From contig NZ_CP065936.1 of the NCBI RefSeq assembly GCF_003367075.2, positions 3,330,001-3,362,000 on the forward strand: 32,000 nucleotides of DNA, in the 5' to 3' direction. The stretch's first letter is position 1. Every line of letters starts with the position of its first letter. This document shows, in pieces, positions 16,949 to 24,363 of the stretch. The position numbers were made by a program, and so were the translations under genes. Under the pieces are notes generated by a model. That model saw only the letters and a list, made by a program, of their open reading frames with translations. It ran no database searches and had not been told where the DNA came from. This DNA comes from Cylindrospermopsis raciborskii Cr2010 (GTDB lineage: Bacteria > Cyanobacteriota > Cyanobacteriia > Cyanobacteriales > Nostocaceae).

Positions 16949-17905
16949 ATGTCAAGTCCAGAATTAGTATCTATAGTTATTTGCACTCTCAACCGTTGTT
17001 GTTCTTTGGAAAAAACTCTCAAGTCGTTAAATCAGATTAATTATCGATATTTTGAAGTTATTATTATAGACTCCTCTGATGATGAAAGTACCCGAAAAAT
17101 GGTGGATGACCTGAAAATGGATTTGGATTTTCCCATTCAAATATTCCGCTCCTCTGTCAAAAACATCAGCGTCTCTAGAAATATGGGCACACAAAAATCA
17201 TCTGGCAAAATAGTTGCTTTTATTGATGATGACGCAATTCCCCAAAGAGATTGGTTAGATAAGTTACTTACTACATATACTTTAAAAGGCGATAAATGTG
17301 CTGGAGTCGGTGGGAGTGTAAAAGATATGACTAAAGCCGATCTTCCTTGGCAATATTATCAGGGTATTACTAATGTTATGAGTCATACTATTCCCATTCG
17401 TTTAGGAAAGGTGCCCAACCATAATCAATCCCAGGGTTTTTGGTACAATGGAATGATGGGAACAAATTCATCCTACCGTAAAGAACTGCTGGAAAAAATC
17501 AACGGTTATGATGAGTTTTTTGACTATTTTTTGGATGAAACTGATGTTTGCTTACGATTAATTCAAGCTGGTTATGAAATTCACTACTGCGATACAATTG
17601 TACATCATTATCCTCAACCCAGCCATAACCGTTATGATCAAAAGCATCTGACCTGTTGGTACTCATTGGCAAAAAATACGACTTATTTCGCTTTAAAGCA
17701 TGGCTATAATAAAATGCCATCCTGGATATTTATATTACGTTTGAGTTCATTGTTAATTTATCGCTGTTTACTCAGAATATTACGCTTAAAATTCAGTCAC
17801 AATCTGAATAATCACATTCTATTAGATTATATTAAGCAGGCAATTAAAGGTATATATCTGGGGTGGAGTTATGGTGTTAATACGTCTGTTCACTCCTCGA
17901 ATTAA
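16949..17905 (+). CDS. Glycosyltransferase family 2
   Basis: VSIVICTLNRCCSLEKTLKSL, FEVIIIDSSDDEST and IVAFIDDDAIPQRDWL (DxD), with a GAGGG Shine-Dalgarno 6 nt upstream of the ATG. Confidence 0.85.
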   Translation: MSSPELVSIVICTLNRCCSLEKTLKSLNQINYRYFEVIIIDSSDDESTRKMVDDLKMDLDFPIQIFRSSVKNISVSRNMGTQKSSGKIVAFIDDDAIPQRDWLDKLLTTYTLKGDKCAGVGGSVKDMTKADLPWQYYQGITNVMSHTIPIRLGKVPNHNQSQGFWYNGMMGTNSSYRKELLEKINGYDEFFDYFLDETDVCLRLIQAGYEIHYCDTIVHHYPQPSHNRYDQKHLTCWYSLAKNTTYFALKHGYNKMPSWIFILRLSSLLIYRCLLRILRLKFSHNLNNHILLDYIKQAIKGIYLGWSYGVNTSVHSSN

Positions 17906-19452
17906 CCACGAATGACAGTAATACACCTCCCAGCAGGACTAACTACTTCTTGAGTAGTTGTGCGATCGCCTATAGGAGGTAGGTTAGGACGGCGATCGAA
18001 AATGACTAGCCATCCAGTTTCCAGGTTTAGTCCAGCAAGGTACTTATCCAATTGTTTCAGTCCTTGACTGAGAGGGTCTTTTCGTTTTGGATGCCAAACT
18101 TTCAGTTCTATCCCCATTACCACTTTACCATAACGTAAACAAATATCCATTCTTCCCGAACCAATAGCATATTCCCGTTCTAACCTACCACCACCATTAA
18201 CCACCCGGTGTAAAAAAGCCATTAGCACTAAATGGGGAGCAATTTCTGGATAGGGGGTGCTTTTCAGTAAGGGTTCTCCGTGTTGTCGCCAAAATTCCAA
18301 AAATACTTGTAATAATTTATCAGGCAATAATTCGCCTTGATCACTAAGCCAGTTGGGTTCTATCACCCCTATGGAAGAACGAGTAGTATATGTTAGCACT
18401 CTGGGAATAACTTCCCGATAGATGGGATTGGCAATTTCTAACCCCTGATCATTTTTATCCTGACAAAGTCCTAAATCCAGAACGTAGCGAATATCATCTG
18501 ATGGAACATCTGGTAATTCCTCCCCAGCTAAAATTGGCTCTATAATAGTTCTGACTCTGGGTTCCCGCAGTCTTTCCGCAAGACTATCCAAATGGGTGTC
18601 TTGTCGCTGAATCAGAATTTCCTTGGCTTCTTCTATAACTTCAACGGTAATGGGTTGGTTAATGTCCTTCACCACATCTTCCGTAGCTTGACGAGCTAAA
18701 GCATTAACCAACCATGGTTGTCCATCGGTTAAATAAAAGGAATATTCCAGAGCTTCTGGTGTGAAAACCTGTCCTGTAGCTGTTGTATGTTGTTCATAAA
18801 GAGTCTTTACATCTGTAAAAGTGAAGTTACCCATAGTTAAAGACTCCACCTTAATATTAAAAGGACTTGCCGTATTCAGGCGATCGCCCCCACCGGATTT
18901 AACTTTATAGTCCCGTATATCTCGCATACCAATTAAACCTAAAGAATGGGGAAATCCCTGAGGGCGGTTAGGATAACCTGAGCGCAGTTGACGGAGGATG
19001 GAAATTAAGGTTTCATCGCTTAGTGCATCGATTTCATCTAAAAAAAACACTAAGGGACGAGGAGAGGTTACTGCCCAATTACTTAAGAATATGCTTAATT
19101 GTGAGCTGTTATCAACAGCAGGCCATCGGGTGGGTTGTAGTTCTGATGGTAGACGAAAACAAATGGATTGTTGCCATTCGGTTAAAATAGCTACCTGCGC
19201 TGCTACAGGATCATGAGGGAACGCAGCACCTACTTCAGCAGAAAGCATAACAGCAGTATATTTTCCACCTTCGGTTAATTCTTGGGCTAAGGCCAACATA
19301 GCAGTAGTTTTACCCACCTGACGAGGAGCATGAATAACAAAGTAATTTTGTCTATCAATTAGAGTACGCACTTTAGGAAGGCGTTCCGTAGGAGGTAACA
19401 TGTAGTGAATATCTGATTTACATGGACCTGCTGTGTTGAACCATTTATTCAT
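17902..19452 (-). CDS. AAA-type ATPase fused to a C-terminal PD-(D/E)XK nuclease-like domain
   Basis: N-terminus FNTAGPCKSDIHYMLPPTERL, Walker A HAPRQVGKTTAML and Walker B LVFFLDEIDAL. The C-terminus has GRMDICLRYGKVVMGIELKVW (D...E.K) and WLVIFDRR. Its stop overlaps the convergent GT2 stop by 4 nt. Confidence 0.7.
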   Translation of the reverse strand: MNKWFNTAGPCKSDIHYMLPPTERLPKVRTLIDRQNYFVIHAPRQVGKTTAMLALAQELTEGGKYTAVMLSAEVGAAFPHDPVAAQVAILTEWQQSICFRLPSELQPTRWPAVDNSSQLSIFLSNWAVTSPRPLVFFLDEIDALSDETLISILRQLRSGYPNRPQGFPHSLGLIGMRDIRDYKVKSGGGDRLNTASPFNIKVESLTMGNFTFTDVKTLYEQHTTATGQVFTPEALEYSFYLTDGQPWLVNALARQATEDVVKDINQPITVEVIEEAKEILIQRQDTHLDSLAERLREPRVRTIIEPILAGEELPDVPSDDIRYVLDLGLCQDKNDQGLEIANPIYREVIPRVLTYTTRSSIGVIEPNWLSDQGELLPDKLLQVFLEFWRQHGEPLLKSTPYPEIAPHLVLMAFLHRVVNGGGRLEREYAIGSGRMDICLRYGKVVMGIELKVWHPKRKDPLSQGLKQLDKYLAGLNLETGWLVIFDRRPNLPPIGDRTTTQEVVSPAGRCITVIRG

Positions 19453-19491
19453 AGTTGATTTTTATATATCTTTGACATTCGTGCGATCGCA

Positions 19492-19570
19492 TAAGTAGGG
19501 AGGCACAATTACTTGTAGGATGGGTTGAACTATGAAACCTGTCCTACGTTCATCTTATATTTAATTCCAC
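19492..19570 (-). mobile_element. MITE-like dispersed repeat, copy C (truncated, divergent core)
   Basis: taagtagggaggcacaattacttgtagg...cctacgttcatcttatatttaattccac shares both sub-terminal blocks with copies A, B and D. It lacks the CCACCCACTTA(C) terminus and has a different central hairpin (gggttgaactatgaaacc). A HIP1 site lies immediately to its left at 19483-19490. Confidence 0.75.
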
Positions 19571-19578
19571 TGATTTGC

Positions 19579-19761
19579 ACAGCCAAAAAGATAATGTGTT
19601 TAGCACCAGAAACCCGCAAAGCCAAAATAGTCAAAGAGGTATTATATGGGGATATTTCTTCCAAATGTCCAGCTTCAATCTTACGTCGTCAACCACAGGC
19701 CAGCTTGTTTTTAGATCTCAACTCTGCTAGAGAAATCTCTCTTGAATCCTCCAACACCTAA
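19579..19761 (+). pseudogene. 3' remnant (~60 codons) of a NagB/Pgl-family gene (glucosamine-6-P deaminase / 6-phosphogluconolactonase)
   Basis: TAKKIMCLAPETRKAKIVKEVLYGDISSKCPASILRRQPQASLFLDLNSAREI matches the C-terminal pattern of this family (..ilLa.Ge.Ka.av...l.G.....PAS.L..hp...l.lD..aA..l). No N-terminal ~180 aa are present. The upstream part of the listed ORF (from 19525) is MITE sequence. Confidence 0.55.
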
Positions 19762-20450
19762 TTATCAAGCTGAGTAAGTTTACCATCTTCCATTTGAATA
19801 ATGCGATCGGCAATATCCAAAATACGATTATCATGGGTGACAATTAAAATGGCACAGTTTTGTTCTCTGGCTAATTCCTGCATGATATTGACCACATCTC
19901 GACCGGATTTACTATCTAAAGCTGCTGTAGGTTCGTCTGCTAAAACTAATTTAGGGTGACTAACTAAAGCACGTGCAATAGCAACTCTTTGTTTTTGTCC
20001 TCCCGACAGATCCTCAGGATAATAATTAATCCTGTTACCTAATTTTACGGACTCAAGGATGGATTGGGATTGCATTCTAGCTTGACCTTGAGGAATATGG
20101 GTCTGTAATTCCAAAGACATTTGTACATTTTCTCTAGCTGTTAAAAAGTCTAACAAATTATGTCCTTGAAAAATATAACCTATTTGACGACGTACTTGGA
20201 CTAACTTCCCGTTTCTAACTCCACATAATTCCTCTCCCAGAAATTTTAAACTTCCTTCTTGAACAGAACGTAAACCACCAATCAAGGTTAGTAGGGTGGT
20301 CTTTCCCGATCCGGAAGGACCTGTCATAATCACAATTTCACCAGCGTCAATTCTTAAATTAATGTCAAATAATATCTGGTTCTTTAATTTGGGTTTACCA
20401 AAATACTGATTTAAGCCCTCAATTTCTATGATGGGGTTTGAACTTTTCAT
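19758..20450 (-). CDS. devA: DevA-family ABC exporter ATP-binding protein
   Basis: Walker A GPSGSGKTTLLTLIGG, signature LSGGQKQRVAIARAL, Walker B LVLADEPTAALD and H-loop IVTHD. It is the last gene of a devB-devC-devA-ordered operon. ATG 20450 has GGAGG 4 nt upstream, so the listed start at 20483 is less likely. Confidence 0.85.
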   Translation of the reverse strand: MKSSNPIIEIEGLNQYFGKPKLKNQILFDINLRIDAGEIVIMTGPSGSGKTTLLTLIGGLRSVQEGSLKFLGEELCGVRNGKLVQVRRQIGYIFQGHNLLDFLTARENVQMSLELQTHIPQGQARMQSQSILESVKLGNRINYYPEDLSGGQKQRVAIARALVSHPKLVLADEPTAALDSKSGRDVVNIMQELAREQNCAILIVTHDNRILDIADRIIQMEDGKLTQLDN

Positions 20451-20504
20451 ATTTCCTCCGACTTGGGAAACAACTTTAGACAACTGTGAGAGATGTTAAT
20501 GTTT

Positions 20505-21677
20505 TTAAAAAATATCAGCCGGATCTAACTTTCGTAGTTTGTTAGTGGAGAAAAAACCTGAAGTTAAACACATAACCACAGCAGAGATAAATACAATAAA
20601 TGCTTTATCACCATCCATGACAATGGGTAATTGGGTAGCATTTTTGGCTATGTCGTAAAGTCCTAAAGAGATAGCAAATCCAGGAATGTATCCCAAACCT
20701 GCTAAAATTAGAGCCTGTTGAAAAACAACTCTGAGGAGATATTTGTTTTTAAATCCCATGGCTTTGAGGGTAGCAAATTCAATCAAATGGCTGGATATAT
20801 TACTATAAAGAATTTGGTAAACAACTATGACACCAACCACAAAACCCATAATTACCATCAAGTTAAATACAAAACCGATAGGTGTTCTTAAAGTCCAATA
20901 ATTTTTTTCAAATTCGATGAAGTCATGACGGTTCATAACCATCACATCTTCGGGTAAGTTAGCTGATAGTTCACCTAATACCCTTTGGGAATCAGCACCA
21001 GGTCTTAGATGAATTAACCCTATATCTATTTGATTGGCATTGCGCTCTCGAAAAACTCGCATGAAAGTAGAATCGCTGACAATTAAATTCCCATCAACCC
21101 CAAAAGATGGACCAAGACTAAATAAACCACTTACCCTAACTTTATAACCTATTAACCCCAGATAACTGAATATCTCCATGCTGACAGGTTTATTTTGGCT
21201 ATAGTGTTGGGCAATTGGACCAAACTCAGGACGAGCAGCACGGTCAAAAAATACCTGATCTGGTATTTGGAGTAATTTAAAATCTTGTTGTATTTCTGGC
21301 AACTTAAATATTGATTTAACCGGATCAAATCCCAGCACATAAATGGGATATTTCCGCCCAGTTACCGGATTTTTTAACTTAGCAAACTGTACATATAGGG
21401 GATCAACTGACTCTACATCCTTAAAACCCAGGGTTTGATATAAACGACTGCGAGGAAAACTTTGGTTAGAAGTTAAGGATTTATATTGAGCACTAATCAA
21501 AAATAAATCTCCTTCGATATTCTTATGCAATTGTGTGGCACTAGCATACAGTGCATCTTGAAACCCAATTTGCATAAACATTAAAACAGCAACAAAGGAA
21601 ATTCCTGCTAGAGCTACAAGAAACCGAACTTTTTGTTTAGCCAGTTGTAGCCAAGCCAGAGGAATATTTAGGATCAT
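20505..21677 (-). CDS. devC: DevC-family ABC exporter permease (FtsX/MacB-like)
   Basis: 390 aa. N-terminal TM LAWLQLAKQKVRFLVALAGISFVAVLMFMQIGF, then a large periplasmic domain and a C-terminal FtsX-like 3-TM bundle (ATLKAMGFKNKYLLRVVFQQALILAGLGYIPG). AAGAGG lies upstream of the ATG. Confidence 0.85.
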   Translation of the reverse strand: MILNIPLAWLQLAKQKVRFLVALAGISFVAVLMFMQIGFQDALYASATQLHKNIEGDLFLISAQYKSLTSNQSFPRSRLYQTLGFKDVESVDPLYVQFAKLKNPVTGRKYPIYVLGFDPVKSIFKLPEIQQDFKLLQIPDQVFFDRAARPEFGPIAQHYSQNKPVSMEIFSYLGLIGYKVRVSGLFSLGPSFGVDGNLIVSDSTFMRVFRERNANQIDIGLIHLRPGADSQRVLGELSANLPEDVMVMNRHDFIEFEKNYWTLRTPIGFVFNLMVIMGFVVGVIVVYQILYSNISSHLIEFATLKAMGFKNKYLLRVVFQQALILAGLGYIPGFAISLGLYDIAKNATQLPIVMDGDKAFIVFISAVVMCLTSGFFSTNKLRKLDPADIF

Positions 21678-21732
21678 TTTGAAGACCTCTTAATTTAAGT
21701 TTTTATGTGAATTGACTCCTAACTTTTAACTA

Positions 21733-22989
21733 TTACATGTTGATCCATACCTGAACCTGTAGGTTAGTTAAATCTGCAACCCTTTGGTTGTCTTTAGGAT
21801 TGTTGATCCGAATTTTGACATCAACTATTTTGTTGTCTGTATCAGCACCAGGACTATTATTAAAAATATTTTGCTGATTAACTTGCAATCCAATATCTGT
21901 AACTGTTCCTTGAATTTTCCCTGGAAAAGCATCAGCAGTAATGTCTACAGATTGTCCTAATTTTACTTTTTTAACATCAGTTTCATAAACTTCTGCTACC
22001 ACATACATTTGCTGGGTTCTCCCTAATTCAGCAATACCTTGACTACTAATTATTTCTCCTGGCCAAGCATTAATTTTTAAAACTTGTCCATCAATCGGTG
22101 AACGAATTATACTTAAATCTAATTCTGCTTGAGCTTGGGTAACTGAAGCTTTTGCGCTCGCCAGATCTGCTTTTGCTAGTTGTATATCGGTGGGACGAAT
22201 TTCTACAATACTGTTGAGTCTTGCTTGAGCTTCATTTATTTGTTTTTGCAAAGTTTCTTGAGTTCTATTTAGTGCTGCTTTTGCTTCATTTATTTGTTGC
22301 TGTAGAGTGTCTCTTCTTAGACGTTTACTCTCTGCATTTGAAGCAGAAATTGCTCCATTTTCATATAAATCTTCATATCTCTGATTTTCTCTTTGTGCAT
22401 TATTTAATTCAGCTTGCAATCTAGCAATTATGGATTTTTGTGCTGATGTTTCACCACGCAATTCTGCTTCCAATCGCCCAATGGTGGCTTTTTGGGCATA
22501 AATATCTCCCTGTTTTGCTCCAGCTTCTACTTTTTCTAGATTTGCTTTTGCTACTTCTACTTGTCTGTTAGCCTTTTCTAAAGCTGCAAGATTAGGACTG
22601 TAACTGTCTAAAAAGGCAATTAATTGACCTTGGCGAATTTTATCGCCTTTTTTGACTAGAAGTTTTGCTATTCTTATACCTCCTCCCAAGGAATTAGGAG
22701 CAGATAACCGAATTATTTCCCCTTGGGGTTCTAGTCTTCCTAAAGCAGCAACACCAGTAATTATTGGACTGGGACTATTAATAGGAATTGCCACCTTGGA
22801 TTGGGATTTAGTCTGGAAATTTGAAATACTTTGAAAAGATATGAGTAGGGTAGATATAAATGTGGTAGTCGCTAAACTAATTAACAACCAACTTCTAAAA
22901 TTGACAAGTAAATGCTTTTCTTTGTCTACCATAATTATGCCTTTAGTTATCCGTTTACTATCCCTTAAATCAGGTTTTTTAATGGCCAT
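21733..22989 (-). CDS. devB: DevB-family membrane fusion protein (HlyD-like)
   Basis: One N-terminal TM, a lipoyl-like VKKGDKIRQGQLIAFLD, a long coiled coil with an internal repeat (QQINEAKAALNRTQETLQKQINEAQARL), and a beta-barrel C-terminus (IRSPIDGQVLKINAWPGE). It is the first of three exporter genes. Confidence 0.85.
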   Translation of the reverse strand: MAIKKPDLRDSKRITKGIIMVDKEKHLLVNFRSWLLISLATTTFISTLLISFQSISNFQTKSQSKVAIPINSPSPIITGVAALGRLEPQGEIIRLSAPNSLGGGIRIAKLLVKKGDKIRQGQLIAFLDSYSPNLAALEKANRQVEVAKANLEKVEAGAKQGDIYAQKATIGRLEAELRGETSAQKSIIARLQAELNNAQRENQRYEDLYENGAISASNAESKRLRRDTLQQQINEAKAALNRTQETLQKQINEAQARLNSIVEIRPTDIQLAKADLASAKASVTQAQAELDLSIIRSPIDGQVLKINAWPGEIISSQGIAELGRTQQMYVVAEVYETDVKKVKLGQSVDITADAFPGKIQGTVTDIGLQVNQQNIFNNSPGADTDNKIVDVKIRINNPKDNQRVADLTNLQVQVWINM

Positions 22990-23106
22990 TGAGCACCTTT
23001 TAACCTTGTGGTTTGAGACAAGCTACTTATGATACGGCGGTAGATAGCATTCTTTTGATAACTGCAATTGATATGGTGAATTTTATTTAACAAGATAGAG
23101 TTTCAA

Positions 23107-23151
23107 GATATAGCTAGGAGGATGTATTTTCATCTATTCCTTAGCTATATC
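23107..23151. repeat. Imperfect inverted repeat between the 107-aa ORF and devB
   Basis: GATATAGCTAGGA (23107-23119) and TCCTTAGCTATATC (23138-23151) form 13 bp with one bulge and an 18-nt loop. It lies 26 nt downstream of the 107-aa ORF stop and ~120 nt upstream of the devB start on the minus strand. Confidence 0.4.
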
Positions 23152-23176
23152 CACCTAGAATTTGAATCAGTTCCAA

Positions 23177-23500
23177 TTATTTGTTGAGCATTAGTTCCTT
23201 TTTCTTTTTCATAATTGCCAGGTATTCATTGCGAGTTCCGTCAACACGATAGTGATCACAAATTTGACACAATTTGAGAACATCCAAGCGACTGAATACC
23301 TTTTGATGTTCAATTCCATTGTCATTACGCCACCGCCAAAATGTGGTTCTATCAATTCGACGTTCCGTGTCAGGCCATCTACGTTTTGATAGAAATCCTA
23401 CCAATTCATCCTCGTAAAAAGAGTAGCCTTTTGGTAATTTCAGCAGTTCTTCTCTCAACTCATTTAGCGGTATGAGTGGATCTAGTTCAGATAGTCTCAT
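23177..23500 (-). CDS. Hypothetical 107-aa protein, basic and Trp-rich; possible small DNA-binding protein
   Basis: Intact ORF on the same strand as and upstream of devB. The segment RIDRTTFWRWRNDNGI weakly resembles the recognition helix of AlpA/excisionase-type wHTH proteins (s.sTiyRw...g). It has a lysine-rich tail MKKKKELMLNK. I recognise no confident homology. Confidence 0.4.
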   Translation of the reverse strand: MRLSELDPLIPLNELREELLKLPKGYSFYEDELVGFLSKRRWPDTERRIDRTTFWRWRNDNGIEHQKVFSRLDVLKLCQICDHYRVDGTRNEYLAIMKKKKELMLNK

Positions 23501-24363
23501 GCCAGCAAGCCCTTATAGTTTATTTTAATTAGCATTTTGCATTTGTCAATATACAAACACCAACAATTGCATGATTTTTATTTGTAATCCTCCATAGTTA
23601 AGGGTGGATAAACTGACGAATTGGCAACCTGGATTAGGGATCAATTTGGTGTGAATTTATCTGGTCGCTTGGTTCCCTATCTATCCACCTGATAAACCAA
23701 CGGGATGGATTTACATTTACATCATTCAACCAAATACAATAAACTGATTAATGTCCAATTTCAAGCCTTATGCAACAAAATGCTATACTTAATTTTGTGA
23801 AGTTTTGTGGGCAAGTTAACTTTGATTACTATTTACTACTCAAATATCTAGATGATCTTTGTTTGATCACAAATTTTAAATTATTCTCTTTCCTTAGATA
23901 GATGCAACGCTTGACTATTTTGTTCCACAATCCCAAACCTTAATCCAAAAATTATAGTTTGAGTCAGAACCCTTTTGCTTTTTTTAGTTGTATTTAAGTT
24001 GCATAACTGTTGTCAAATATTGTTGGCAAGTTTAATATCAGAATAAATCAGCGGCAAATTAATTTATCTAAGTTACAGGGAAGAGGATAGGATTTTTTTG
24101 TTTGGGTTTCTGGAATGTATCCTCACTTTGGCCGCAAAGCATTTTACCAAATTAAACTCAGAAATAATCTATCTTGACATTAGGAACTACTTGTATCCTA
24201 AAAACTTGATTTTAAAGTTTGGGGTAAGTTTAACCCATGTAAATTGAAAAAGCAAAATATCCCCATGAATCACGCCAAACTTGAGTCAGATTTAGCACAG
24301 TTGCAGGATGAAGTTAGCAATTGTGAACGGGATTTATTAAACTTAATTAAAGGAAAAAAAACC

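Noticed and set aside
17902-17905. Convergent stop-codon overlaps (GT2/ATPase at 17902-17905; LpxB-like/UDG at 2302-2313; devA/Pgl remnant at 19758-19761) as regulatory antisense arrangements
   Set aside because: Short convergent overlaps through TAA/TTA-containing sequence are common in compact AT-rich genomes. Nothing else supports a special function.
9965-17905. The GT cluster as the glycosylation step of heterocyst glycolipid synthesis (hglT-like)
   Set aside because: Glycolipid glycosylation needs a single sugar transfer to the aglycone. This cluster instead has a nucleotide-sugar mutase for Galf, a polymerase-like three-domain GT and a polysaccharide-type ABC ATPase, pointing to a polymer rather than the glycolipid head group.
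411-19216. Other embedded ORFs: 411-695 (-), 2420-2809 (+), 3261-3458 (+), 4456-4677 (+), 5152-5373 (-), 8688-8885 (-), 10024-10233 (-), 17499-17720 (-), 18998-19216 (+)
   Set aside because: Each lies entirely within, and antisense or off-frame to, a confidently identified gene. None shows a recognisable motif.
19525-19578. N-terminal part of the listed 78-aa ORF (MNYETCPTFILYLIPLIC)
   Set aside because: These codons are MITE copy C sequence read through. Only the part from ~19579 resembles a real (NagB/Pgl-like) protein, so the ORF is treated as a gene remnant, not an intact CDS.
21152-23032. Short ORFs 21152-21340 (-), 22221-22424 (+), 22652-22834 (+) and 22841-23032 (+) overlapping devC/devB
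   Set aside because: They are off-frame or antisense shadows of well-supported DevC/DevB coding frames. They translate to Leu/Phe-rich peptides typical of AT-rich antisense sequence.
23148-23689. Recurring 8-mer TATCCACC (23148, 23682, and inverted at 23603) in the devB/hglE regulatory region, as a possible transcription-factor site
   Set aside because: The same TATCCACCT also occurs inside coding sequence at 7572 and 16561, where it reads as Tyr-Pro-Pro codons. Given the number of possible 8-mers, a five-fold recurrence in 32 kb is not convincing without genome-wide statistics.
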